Source: Mytilus trossulus
Lineage: Eukaryota
Assembly (NCBI RefSeq): GCF_036588685.1
Contig: NC_086376.1
Span: forward strand, 11,160,001 to 11,224,000
Reading direction: 5' to 3'
DNA: 64,000 nucleotides
In this document: positions 13,423 to 25,691 of the stretch, piece after piece
Position numbering within the stretch: the first letter of the stretch is position 1
Layout: the number at the start of each line of letters is the position of its first letter
Position numbers and translations under genes: made by a program
The notes under the pieces: model-generated
The model's database searches: none
The model's input: the letters and a program-made list of their open reading frames with translations, nothing else
Told to the model about the DNA's origin: nothing

Positions 13423-14504
13423 AAATGAGATCCTTGACCAACCTTCATTAGTTACTACAGAAACATTAGTTTCGAATGCCAAGAAAAAAACATATACCAT
13501 GGAACACAAAATTCTAAGAAAACGAAAAGCATTTCAAATCGGCTAAGTTTGAGCCTGAATTAATCTTAATATTTTGCTCTCCAGTTATTAGAAGAAGAAA
13601 AAACATTGTCTGTAAACAATTTAGGTCAACAAGGAAATAGACATACCCATTTGTCTTTCTGATATATTTAATCCCATACCAATTTCAAAAATCAAGGATG
13701 GTCCGATGAAAATGTATGATTTATATTCATATCACATTTGTCATACCAAGTTAGGGTATCTATACTATATGCTATTCGTTGATCGCTATCGCTGGTGGTT
13801 GGTGATTTTTTTGTACTGTCCGATATGTGTGAAAATAAATTCCTTTAATGTATTATACGTCTAAAATAAACAAAATAATATAAAAATGGTTTCGACGAAA
13901 GTTTACTTTAATGACAACCAAATAAATAAAGGCAACAGTAGTATACCGCTGTTCAAAACTCATAAATCCATGGACAAAAAACAAATCGGGGTAACAAACT
14001 AAAACTGAGGGAAACGCATTAAATAAAATTGTATGTCCAACTATAACAAGATTTATCATGGTTGTATCATGTCAATACACACGGTCAAATGGTTAAACCT
14101 CGTCCTGTTACTGTTTGATTCTCTACGTTCGTGTAAAATATATACATCTTTCTTTTGAATATACAGTATGTCTCATGTCATAAAGCTATGCCTCATTTAA
14201 AAAGTTATAACAATTAAATCAAATAGCGACATGTGATGTTTCAGTGTGGGAGACATGAACTAAGCTTTCTAAGTAGTCATTATTGTTTTGCAACTACCAC
14301 CAAAAACACAAGTTATATCACTTGATATAAAAGATTATTCTCAAGTGTTGTAACGGCTTAATGTATTTCCCTTGATTTTAAAAGTCAATATATGGTTTTC
14401 GTTTCGGTGTGTGTTGCATTTTCGGTTTTATTTTGTTGCACTTCGGTGTTTATTTCGTTTCCCTTATTTTATGTGTTTCTTTCAGTTTATTTGTATCCTG
14501 TATT

Positions 14505-14912
14505 TGTTTTCTCTCAATCGATTAATAACTTTCGAACATTGGTATTCTACTGTTGCCTTTGTTTCAACCGTTGGAGAATATTTCAAAAATAAATATTCAA
14601 TACTTAAGAAGCGAAAAGCAAAAATAGCATAGCTTATCTTCCTGCTTTTGCGAGTGAGAGGACAACCCCTCTTTACACCTCCATTCAGCCGTTTGATAGT
14701 CGTTGAGTTCAATTGTTTTACTACATTGTTATTTTAAACTGATGATAGCACAGTCAGGATTCTACCGCGTCAAAATTATATAATTCGCAATGCTGCCACA
14801 TGATTTTCAATCGTGAAAAAATGAAAGTTACTTTTGGGAGGAGGCGCTATCAATTTAGGTCCGGAAAACCTATAAATTTATCTAAATGTCATTGTTACGA
14901 TCATACCATGGG
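14505..14912 (+). repeat. Direct-repeat block copy 1 (copy 2 at about 17752-18083), flanking cvSI-like gene A
   Basis: Shared collinear strings GTTGCCTTTGTTTCAACCGTT, GCATAGCTTATCTTCCTGCTTT, GATAGCACAGTCAG.ATTCTACCGCGT, GAGGCGCTATCAATT, TCTAAATGTCATTGTTACGAT. Confidence 0.85.
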
Positions 14913-15365
14913 AATTGTATTGTGTATTGTAAAAGACGAGTGTTTCCAACACTAACCAAATTCTATTAAGATATTTCATCGAACAGCAAACTGTCAGAGG
15001 TTGAGGACTACTTATTCTCTATTTCACACACATTGAATGATTTTAAAAAAAAAGGCATAAAAAAGATCCCATGACGATTAAATAAAGTCTGTCGTCAAGG
15101 GCTTTCATTAAAAGATAAGAAGGTGTCAGTGTCCGACTTTTCTTTTATTACATTTCATGAATAAAATAGTTGATATGCTTAAATTTTATTAAAGAAACCG
15201 AGTAAACAATATAGAAAGGAAATACATCTTAAGGTTTAACATTTTTAATAGCCCGAAGTTGTTTTTGTTTGTTTTTCAAACATACTAGATGTTGTTAATA
15301 CTCAAAATAGAGGTATTTCATTTAACCATCCAATTTTGGGAACTGTGAATTTTCAATGTAATTAT

Positions 15366-15468
15366 ATCAAAATATAGTCGAAATACAAGATAATTATGTA
15401 ATCTGAAACATATTTTGACTAAATCAAAATATAGTCGAAATACAAGATAATTATGTAATCTGAAACAT
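15366..15468. repeat. Short tandem duplication (about 46 bp, two copies)
   Basis: ATCAAAATATAGTCGAAATACAAGATAATTATGTAATCTGAAACAT at about 15366 and 15423. Confidence 0.85.
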
Positions 15469-15956
15469 TTTTTATCTATACGTTTTTTTAAATTTTTTAA
15501 TTTTTTTTTATCAAAGATGCCAAGTTTGACAGAGCAATCAAGCTAAACACGCCTGAACGTATGAAGGTATACCACTTTTATCTATTCAAATATTTTTTTC
15601 GAGGGAAAATGCACAAATTAATGCTTCAAAAAGGTGAATCGTGTATCTTCCTTTTGATGTATTAGGTTGAAATAAATGCCTGTGTGTCACCAGACTATTG
15701 AAACAGATGTAAACAATTCAATGAATATAACTAATTGGTAAGTTTTTACCTTATCTAATAAAGGGTTCCATTTTGTTTTTTAAGTTTTGGTTTTAACTGG
15801 ATATCAACCAGTATGCCCTTAATGATAATCGCGTGTATTTAGTTCGTGACCAATATAAGAAGTGAACATGGAAAAGATAAGAAACCACTTATATACTACG
15901 ACATTAGGTGACAATCTATCACTAACCATTTCGCATACTGTTAGCAAAGTCTTAAC

Positions 15957-17481
15957 ATGAGAACCGCCATTGTTTTCGTTGTTTGCTTAATTGGTAAGTG
16001 CAATTAACTTACATGTGACCTGTTCTGTTAAGGAACAGGAATGAATTCCGACTTCAGGCCAGATACACATATTCTTATGAATTCTATTGGACATGTTTTA
16101 TTGCCAACATTAAGTATTCGGAAAATAATGTGGTGGAGACTTTCGCCATTTCTGTTACAAGAAATATGATATTTTGAGTTTAATTTTCCAAGGTATCAGT
16201 TATTTACGTACATATATTATTGGTTATAAGAAGATGTGATATAAGTGCCAATGAGACAACTCTCCATCACAGTCACAATTTGTAAAAGTAAACCATTTGC
16301 CATGATTAATACTAAGCATTGCATACAGCTGGGCGCCTTGTATTGTACATGCTAACCTAGAATGTGTTGTCCAAGATCCGTAATCTGTAGTCAATAATGA
16401 TACTCTTTCACACTAAGTAATGAAGACACTATTGTGCATTTGGAACGGATATAATTAATGTTATGATAATACATAGACACTTTGCATCGGCAAACTGATT
16501 CGAAATTGTGACCGTAAATCTGTACAATTTCCAATGATTTTTTTTGATTTTTTTCATATATTTTATTAAGTTGTTGCACTCATTATTGTATAACTTTGAA
16601 CTTTGATTACAAAAAAAAAAGACATTGAACTCTTAAAATTCACCGAAGTAAACACCGCGTACATTTTGTATATTAGAAAATGGTAATGGGATAAATTACA
16701 CCGTTTATTTAAGTTTTCTTTTATATCATATTCCATGTTTATATTACTTGAACCGGGAACATAATTGCGTCCTTCCATTTTATATTCATAGTACAATATA
16801 TTTCTAACTCTTACAATTTATATTTTTTAATGAAAGAAGAGCACTCCAAGATTTTTTTTATTAAATTGTGTTTTACAGCATATGTTACCGCAGAGACATG
16901 TTCAGGCAACAATAACTTGGACACACAGTGCTCCCATCTCACTTGTGATCAGGGATGGCATTTGGCCTGTAATAGTGGACAATGTACTTGTGTTCAAAAC
17001 ACCGCAAACGGTAAGTTTGGAAAACTTGTTTTAGAAAAAATAATTCAATTATAATACATGTAAATTTTATTATTATGTTTCCTGGCTTGGAATATATGTA
17101 ATTTCACGTTTTCATCGAATAAAGTCTTGTCTGTTTAAAAACGTGAAACAGCAGTCCACAAATTTCTACTTAAACAACTGTTGAGCATCACGAGTCGAAC
17201 TACACACCTGGTTTTAACTATGACGCCCGACAGGGTAAACAATATCTGCTTTACCAGGGGCACATGTAATAAAAACAACAACAAACGCGACACAACGTTT
17301 ACAAAATTTGGGTTAGTGAGAATTGCGGCCTTAGTCTTTGCATTTAAACCTTATAGTTTACATATTTTAATAAATTGCAGCTTGTACTACTAAAGCAGAG
17401 TGTGATGCAGTTTCTAACTGGGATTGTCCAATGAACCGTCGCCATTGCATTGATGGTACATGCAGGTGCACCAGATTCTAG
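15957..17481 (+). CDS. cvSI-2-like (MEROPS I84) secreted 12-Cys serine protease inhibitor-like peptide, gene A, 89 aa
   Basis: Exons 15957-15993, 16879-17010, 17381-17481 (GT-AG, phase 1/1, 270 nt): MRTAIVFVVCLIAYVTA-ETCSGNNNLDTQCSHLTCDQGWHLACNSGQCTCVQNTANACTTKAECDAVSNWDCPMNRRHCIDGTCRCTRF*. Signal peptide, 12 mature Cys; GQCTC and HC.DG.CRC motifs match oyster cvSI-2 as recalled. AATAAA at 17569. Confidence 0.88.
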
Positions 17482-17751
17482 TTTACTTGGACCTCGAATG
17501 AAAGAAAATCATTACCGATCATTCATTCATCTTTATCTGTTACCTAACATATTTCGAATTAGAGAACGAATAAAGATGTCACAATATGTTTTTCTTTTTC
17601 AAAAAAATATTTCCAATATTGATTTAAAACCTCAGCAAAGTACATACACTATATATATATTTTTTTGTAGCACTTCGATGTTTCTGTTGTTTCCTTGTTT
17701 TTCTCCTGTATTTGATGTGTTTTCCTCAGTTTATTTTTAACCCTAATTTGT

Positions 17752-18083
17752 TTTTTCTCCATCGCTTTATGACTTTCGAACAGCGGTATTCTATTGTTGC
17801 CTTTGTTTCAACCGTTAGAGAATATTTTCAATAAAATTTAAATCAAATACTTATGAAGTGAAAAGCAAAAAAAGCATAGCTTATCTTCCTGCTTTCGCAT
17901 CATTTGTTATTTTAAACTAATGATAGCACAGTCAGAATTCTACCGCGTTAAAATTATCTCCCAATTATGCCACCTAATTTTTAATGCTGAAAATGAAAGT
18001 CACTGTTGGGATGAGGCGCTATCAATTAAGGTCCTGAAAACCTATTAATCGATCTAAATGTCATTGTTACGATTATAACATGG
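17752..18083 (+). repeat. Direct-repeat block copy 2 (homologous to 14505-14912)
   Basis: Collinear with copy 1 but lacks a ~75-bp segment present at about 14652-14725. Confidence 0.85.
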
Positions 18084-18295
18084 TAGTTGTTTTGTTACAG
18101 ACAAATGTATCGTATGGGATCATGATTCAATTCATTATACAGTCACTGGAAATAAGTATATCATACAGACAAGTTTAAACCAGTGACAACCATACTATAT
18201 ATATATACCCTCTGGATCTCAGAGTGATAATATACTTCAAATTATTGATACTAAAAAGGAAATTCTGATAAATATCTTGATCTTTTCCAAATATT

Positions 18296-18560
18296 GACAC
18301 AAATGGATGACTTTAAACTAGAACCTATGATAAATGTGAAAATTTCAACTTTTCAATTTTCAATCTTCCAGTTATCAGCAATAACATTTTATCTGCTCAA
18401 AATTTGCTCAATTGATTCGTTAACTAGTGTATGTTCAAACTATGCGAACTTCATTAGCCGGGATAGGCTCCTTACAATAAATACTGCTTCACATCTCACT
18501 TCATAAGTTTTAAGGTCGACATCACGAATTGGTTGACCTATAAGACGTGTATGTGTCTTA
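18296..18560 (+). pseudogene. Decayed Penelope-like element reverse transcriptase fragment
   Basis: Frame-shifted remnant reading roughly ...YDKCENFNFSIFNLPVISNNI..QLIR..SVCSNYANFISRDRLLT, similar to the YDKRDDFNFPIVNFPFLSSNIP..QLIRY motif seen more clearly at 36840-37040. Confidence 0.55.
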
Positions 18561-19344
18561 ACTCACTATCAATCACAGTCTTCGTTAGACCTTTATAAAT
18601 CATATTAGTCGTCTTATACGTTTCCCTCAGTTTAAGTTTGTAACCGGATTTGTTTTTTCTCTATCGATTTATGAATTTTGAACAGCAGTAAACTACTGTT
18701 ACCTTTATTTATTTGTAATGTTAACGATTGTATACTATTCCCCATTGTGAAATTTTCACTACATTTTGATTCGCAGGGCTGGTGATGTATGCATGTCAAG
18801 AGAAGCTTACCAATGGTCATTTTAATTATTCATGTCATTCTTATTTGCTTATGTACTTTGTCTTTAGAGTTTCTATATGGCTTTTTTTTTGTGGAAATAG
18901 TTATTTGTCTTATATTAATTAAGATCATAACACAAAATTGACTGCTGCCCTATTTTTGACAATTTTACCTCATATGTTTGTTATGCTCACGCACTGTTGT
19001 CAATATAATAGGAATGTTATGCGACTGTCATACACGTGAGAGGTTAAGCTAGCTGTAGAAACAGGTTTAATCCACCAATATCTACACAAGGAAATGTCCG
19101 TACCCAGTCAGAAATTATGGAATAAGTATTTTTCTGTATACGTTTAATGAGTTTGAGCTACTGATTGTACCATTTGATAAGTTTTTTTTTAATTTGTTAA
19201 ATAAGTATTACCAATCATCAATCTATTTTTCTAGAAAATATCCCTGTTAACAGTGTGCCAAAGCTACAACCATGTACACCATCAAAAGGATAAGATATCG
19301 GAGACACGAACACAGTTATTAAAAAAAGAAAACATTTTTTTTTA

Positions 19345-19795
19345 ACTCATAATAGATACCAGGACTAAATTTAGTATACGTCAGACGCGCGTTTCGTCTA
19401 CAAAAGACTCATCAGTGACGCTCGAATCGAAAAAGTTAAAAAGGCCAAATAAAGTACGAAGTTGAAGAGCATTGAGGACCAAAATTCCTAAAAGTTTTGC
19501 CAAATACAGCTAAGGTAATCTATGCCTGAGGTAGAAAAGCCCTAGTATTTCAAAAAATTTAAAAATTTGTAAACAGTAAATTTATAAATATAACCATATC
19601 AATGACAATTCATGTCAGCACAAAAAGTGTTGACTACTGGGCTTGTGTTACCCTCGCGGAAATAAATCTCCACCCGCAGTGGCATCGACCCAGTGTTTGT
19701 AAATAAACTCATTATAGATACCAGGACTAAATTTAGTATACGCCTGACGCGCGTTTCGTCTAGTATTTCAAAACATTAAAAAATGTGTACACAGT
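19345..19795 (-). mobile_element. Non-LTR retrozyme: one 362-nt monomer plus the start of a second, internally deleted unit
   Basis: Direct repeat AACTCAT.ATAGATACCAGGACTAAATTTAGTATACG..(A/T)GACGCGCGTTTCGTCTA at about 19345-19400 and 19706-19762. The cleavage-site GAC triplets at 19384 and 19746 are 362 nt apart. Intact hammerhead at 19379-19420. Confidence 0.82.
19379..19420 (-). ncRNA. Minimal type I hammerhead ribozyme, intact core
   Basis: Minus strand: CGUCA-CUGAUGA-GUC-UUUUGUA-GAC-GAAAC-GCGC-GUC^-UGACG. Stem I CGUCA/UGACG is perfect; core CUGAUGA and GAAA; stem II GUC/GAC; stem III region is the palindrome ACGCGCGU; GUC cleavage triplet. Confidence 0.88.
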
Positions 19796-20135
19796 GTAGA
19801 AGGATCTAGTTAAGGTTTGCTTTTGAATATTTTCACGTAATGGAATAAGAGACGATTGTACATGCATTGATTTTTACAAGCGAAAGGGAACGCGTGCTTT
19901 TCTTATATTCACCTTTTCATTGCTGATTCGAAGGTCTAGCGAAGAAATATAAATTATATTAACGTCAAATATTGATCTATGAGTTCTAACAGCTACTATA
20001 AAATCTATTTCAAAGCCAATCGTACATTCTAGAGGAATAAAAGAGAGGCAAACAAATTCAAAGGAACATACAAACTCAAAAATTAAAAAAAGATTGAAAA
20101 TAAAATCACAACGGAATGGCAGCCAACATATAAAT

Positions 20136-20340
20136 GATTTCAACATCAACACTTGGGGCACTTCGTTTTAAAGTTTATATGTGAGCAGCAACCCTCAATT
20201 AAGGAAATCATGAACGAGAATGAAGTACCAACTGAGAGATATATACTCCAAATGCAGGGTCTGATGAAAAGTTGCCACAAAAAAGTTGAAAGTTCACAAT
20301 TGGTAACTTAAATCACCGCCTTTGTCGTCAGGTTTTGTTC
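20136..20340 (-). pseudogene. Decayed Penelope-like RT fragment
   Basis: Aligns by eye with 36840-37040 (GTGAGCAGCAACCCTC, ATACTCC..ATGCAGG, GAAAGTTCACAATTGG..ACT.AAATCA). Confidence 0.6.
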
Positions 20341-23330
20341 TCATTTACCCTTGTTGGAAATTATAAAAAGTAAGTCCAAGATATGAGGCAGAACTGAATT
20401 TAAAAAAAAAAGATGTGGTATTATTTCCGATGAGACAACTCTTTACAAGTGACCAAATGACACAGAAATTAACAACAATATGTCACCGTAACCTTTAACA
20501 ATGAGCAAAACCCATTACGCATAGTCAGAATTTGTTTGTTTTTACAGTGATTTAGAACTTTATTTTTTTGTTTTACAGTGATTAATATTCTAACACAACT
20601 TTGACTGCTGTTCTCTTATTTTTGACATTTTTACCTATTATGTCTGTTTGTTTTATTCACACATCGCTGTCCATATACTGTATTGTAGTGCGACTGTCAT
20701 AAAAACGAGAGGTGTAGCTACCTATAAAACCAGGTTTTAACCACCGTTTTCTACATGAGAAAATTACTGTAAAAAGTCAGGAATATGACAATTATTATTC
20801 ATCCGCTTGATGTGTTGGAGCATTTAATATTGACATTTGATTACGGATTTTAGTTTTGAATTTTCCTCGGAGCTCGGCATTTTTGTTTTTTTTCTTTTGT
20901 AGCCGTTATTCAAAGTTCGATGAACTTGACGAATGTATCATATTAACCTAAGTTTTAACATGTTCTTTTAGACTAAAATACATTAGTTGTACAACTGCTT
21001 TGTTTTTTGTTATTACAACGCTTACCCGTGCTATGTAAGGGTTTGTGCGTTCACAAACATGTTAGTCTCACAACATTGTTTATGTACATATACCTAGTCA
21101 GGAGCCTGCAATGTAATGGTAGCCATTGGTCATGTCTGTTTTATTTGTTTTTCTTAAATTGTTTCATGAAAAATGTGGCACTGAGTTTGTTTTCGTTTGA
21201 TTTGATTCACATTTCTAGTTTCGGGGCTGTTTAAAGCCGACTATATGGTATTAGTTTGACATATTGTTCAAGGATGTAAGGTTGCCTATAACTGCTTATA
21301 TCCACTTCATTTAAACTGCAATGGATACTTGTTCTTTGGCAATCATACCACATTACCTTATTTGTATATTGAATTGCAGTTCTATATTCATTAAAATATC
21401 GTAATATCTTGCTTATTTACAACCCTCAAAAACCGATGCTGCAAGGTTTGCAGATAACAAAGATCTTAGATAACTGCAATAGTAACCGTTGAGTTTATAT
21501 GGTTATTTTCTGTGTGAAGTACTTATATATAAATCTTTTGATTTATAAGTCCATATCAAAACATTTGCCATAGCCATTAGGTATATTCGTTGTTTTTGAA
21601 AAAAAGATAATTAATATGTATTTATCCAAAGTGTTCATTGACTCTCGTGAACTTTAATTGGAACTTGAAACTTCTATATTCGAGCATCATTGATAATTTT
21701 TAAAGACGAAACTCGTGTCTTGCATCAAATATATGTATTTGATAAGTTATGAAGGGGAAAGCGTCAATACGGTTTCCATTACTAGTAACAGAAGAGAGTT
21801 TTATCCGCTTTCTTTTAAGAGGTTGAGTAAGATACAACATCAGGTTAAACCCAGCATTTTCTTTGGAATATGCCTGTACCAAGTAAAAAATATGACAAAT
21901 GTTTGGTTGAAAAAGAATGCTTTTGTCAGTTTTTAAAATTACTTTTAAGTCTTGTATTTCTGTTATACTTTTGTATTTTCTTCATTTATTTTTTTCCAAA
22001 TTTAATAATCTAGTTTACAAACACAAACTTGTGATAATTTATAGGTCAATATATAACAGCACTTATAGTCAAGGAATAATTTTCAAAACTGGAATGAAAC
22101 CTTTTCTTTAAATCTCGTCCATTACTAAGTTAGAAGATATATTAAATGCACGACATTAAGAAAAAATTTGTGCCTACAACAGGATTTCAGCTGTCAAAGA
22201 AATCGTCTTTATCTAAAATCTAAAAAAAAGAAAGAAAAACATACTGTCTTTTTTTATATACCTTTCGTTTTGTTTCTCAACATACTTATATCGATTCGTT
22301 GTTTTTTACATTCGCATCGGCCTATTTCATTTTAAATCGCTTGGTTTTGTTTTCAAATTTTATGAACCTTACTTTATTTGATCGTGAAATTGTTTAGGTT
22401 TTAGCAATACAAAGCATACTACTAGAATGCCGAAGAATAAGGTTGTTTGTGATTGGGTTTTCGAACTTTACAACTACTTTCAAGCTATTTTAATATATAG
22501 GTACATATATTTTACTGTTCTTAATTTGTACTAGAAATTAAAGTACTACAGATTTCTGGTTACACTTTTACAGTTATGATTTTCAAACATGGAATATTGT
22601 GATCACTGTTGATATTATTTCTGTACCAACATTTTTAGTATAAATCCAATACTGCAATATACAGTAATCAAGATATTACAACAATTTTAAAGTAAAAAAT
22701 AGTACTAAATATTAAAGATAAATCTCCAGTACTACAGATTTTTAGTACAGAAATAGTACCTTTGCAAAAGTAAGGAGCTGTAATTTCGATGCAAATTGTT
22801 TAAAATTCATATGATCTGTCAGATAAATTATTATTCGTACTAGAACTAACAATATATTTGGTATACCTCTCGTCTAAACTGAAAATAATTATGTCAGCGA
22901 CATCAGAAAACATGATGCACTAGTGCAAAAAGTCAGGTATTCATAATTTAAAAAGAAAACGACCAAACCATGAAGTAAATCAATTCATAACCCTAATTCC
23001 TCTAACGAAACACCCCCCCCCCCCCCAAACTAACCAAACAGAGATATCACATGTCATTGTTTTGAAAACAAGAATTGACATTTGCCTTGTTACTGTTAAT
23101 TGTCAAGGTAAAGTAAAATACTTTTTTTGTTTATTTTGATTCGTGATTTATCTTATAATTATATGTACTGATGACGAGGGTCGTTCCGTAATTAATGTGA
23201 AGCAGTTACTATTATAGACAAACCGTGACATCTTAATCTATGTGAAGGCACGATACAGACTTCCAGTATTTCTTTTATAAAGATTAAAATCCTGAACTTT
23301 CACAAATACTTGTTTTATTACATAACAACA

Positions 23331-25691
23331 ATGAAGACTGCAATTGCTTTCCTAGCTGTCTGTATTTTGGGTGAGTAGCAAGTTTATATGTTGATATTTA
23401 ACGATGTAAAAAAATATTTTGTTTTTAAGTGTTGGAAAGATGGAGTTTCCTTCAAACAGACATAATAATATGGAAACAGTCTCATGCTAAGTTCGTTTCA
23501 GCATTCCTCGATAACTAAGCAGAACAAAATGTCAAATAGGAAAAGCTTTAGAGGTTTAACACTTCATTTAAATACTTCATTTCTCAACTACATAGGTTAG
23601 ACATTGAAATATGTTTCTTTGAAGTAGGTGTGGAAGATACCAAAAGGGACAAGCAAACTCGTAGATCAAAATCAAACTGACAACGACTAAAAAAGAAAAA
23701 GACAAACAGACAAGTAATAGTACACAAGGCACAACAAAGAAAACTCAACATTGAGCAACACGAACCCTACCATAAACTGGGGGTGATCTCAAGTGCTCCG
23801 GGAGGATTAGCAGATCCTGCTCCACATGAAAATGTCCATTGTTAATAATGTGGAATAAACTCGTTTTTTATGCATTCTTTATTTATTTCTTTTCTTCCTG
23901 TTTCATGTACTCGAACTAAGAACTGGCATCCTTTATTTCTTATAATTCTCATAACAAACCTTTGACAAAGACCAACCATTATATACATTTATTTAGTGTT
24001 ACTTGGCTAATCAGTTTATTTTGGTTTCAGTAATTTTTTTAAGTTTGTTTTTTCAATTCTATTGTTAACATTGTTTTAAATGAAACGATTATTTACAGCT
24101 TTAGTTACTGGAGAACCATGTACAGGTAACACAAACTTGGACACTCAGTGCTCTCATCTGAATTGTGAATCTGGATGGCATTTAGCCTGTAATAATGGCC
24201 AGTGTACTTGTCTTCAAAACATTTCAAACAGTAAGTTGTAACACATTTGTATAGTACTTTTGATAACTATTGATATGCTGTTTAGAGTTTTCTACCAAAT
24301 AAGTCTCAATATGGGTAAAATCGACTGGAAATGCACAAATCAGTCAGTAGAGAGACTGGATTATACTTAGATACATGTCTAGTAAGTTGTTTACTACAAT
24401 AATAACTAACAACAGTTCCTAATAATATTCTCCAAATCATTACTGTTTACATTTATTTGGCATTTTTAATTTTTGGGATTCGAGCGTCACTGATGAGTCT
24501 TTTGTAGACGAAATGCGCGTCTGGCGTATATACTAAATTTAGTCCTGGTATCTTTGATGAGTTTTTTTTTACAGAAAAATAATGGTAAACCCGTTTTTCA
24601 TCTCTTTTTTGGGGGGGAGGAAGGGTCTGAAGCAATATTATTAAAACACCTCATTTATTCAAATAATATAATTGTGTGATATCCCTATTTAGAAGGTTTA
24701 AAACAATAATCTGGAATAATAACCACTTTTCTGGATATAAATGTTATCAATGTTTATAATATGTTATCAAAGGTACCAGAATTGTTTTTTAATACGCCCG
24801 ACACGCGTACATACAAAAGACTCATTAGTGACGCTCAGATCAAAATAGTTTTAAAGGCAAACAGAGCATTGAGGACCCAAAATCTCCAAAAATTCTGCAA
24901 AGTACGTTTAAGGTTATATATGCTTGGGATAAGAAAATCCTTAGTTTTATCGAAAAATTCAAAAAAAAAATTGTTAACAGGAAATTTAGAAAAATAACCA
25001 TACAATTGATATTTCTTGTCAACTCCGAAGTGCTGACTACTAGGCTGGTTATACTCTCTATTCGCTTTTTGAAAAAAATGAGTGAGTTGAGAATAATAAG
25101 AATGAGGAAGTTAGGATTAAAATCTTTCAAAGAGTATTTAAGGTATAAAGGAATTTTGAAAGAAATACATGCGCTTGCTATTTTATTAAATATTTACCTT
25201 TAGGTGGTACCCAACACCTTAACAAAAATTAATTTGGCTCGTTTAATTTTCATGAAATTTTGACAAAGTATTTACTTTGACCCTTTCACAAAAGTATGAA
25301 AGTTTCAAAACTTTTGAACCAACCGTTTTATCAGAAAAATTATACTGGTTATATAGCAGTTTGACAAACAGTAATCTCCCTATAGTGTTAGGTACCACCT
25401 TACAACTTGTTTTATGTTTAATGCTCTTGGTTAGATTAGTATCCATATGTACGGTTAACTTTGTCATTTTACCAGTATAGATGTAGTTGTAAAGATAATT
25501 AACAATGATTTCACCTGCCTGAATGTTATGTTATACAGTGTCCGTCAGTAAACTTTTTTAATAGAAAATCAAATGTTTTATTTTTTATAGCTTGTACTAC
25601 TAAAGCAGAGTGTGATGCAGTATCTAACTGGAACTGTCAAATGAACCGTCGCCATTGCATTGATGGTACTTGTAGATGTAGCAGATTTTGA
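23331..25691 (+). CDS. cvSI-2-like (I84) secreted 12-Cys peptide, gene B, 90 aa
   Basis: Exons 23331-23370, 24099-24230, 25591-25691 (273 nt, phase 1/1): MKTAIAFLAVCILALVTG-EPCTGNTNLDTQCSHLNCESGWHLACNNGQCTCLQNISNTCTTKAECDAVSNWNCQMNRRHCIDGTCRCSRF*. Close paralogue of gene A. TTATAAA about 55 nt upstream of the ATG. Confidence 0.88.
24485..24526 (+). ncRNA. Type I hammerhead ribozyme (retrozyme fragment about 24452-24560), sense strand in gene B intron 2
   Basis: CGUCA-CUGAUGA-GUC-UUUUGUA-GAC-GAAAU-GCGC-GUC^-UGGCG. Core intact; one G-U wobble in stem I and one C>U change giving U-G in stem III. Confidence 0.8.
24765..25055 (-). mobile_element. Degenerate retrozyme-family copy (variant with ATCAAAGGTACCAG end), ribozyme core broken
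   Basis: CAAAAGACTCATTAGTGACGCTC, GAGCATTGAGGACCCAAAAT, GTGCTGACTACTAGGCTGGT are collinear with 19400-19650. CUGAUGA is mutated and GAAA is lost. Confidence 0.75.
25202..25400. mobile_element. Non-autonomous TIR element (Kolobok-like MITE) in gene B intron 2
   Basis: Ends AGGTGGTACCCAACAC / GTGTTAGGTACCACCT (16 bp, 1 mismatch) in T/A-rich flanks. A second, longer copy lies at 45990-46379. Superfamily is a guess from RR..YY termini; TSD is not clean. Confidence 0.7.
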
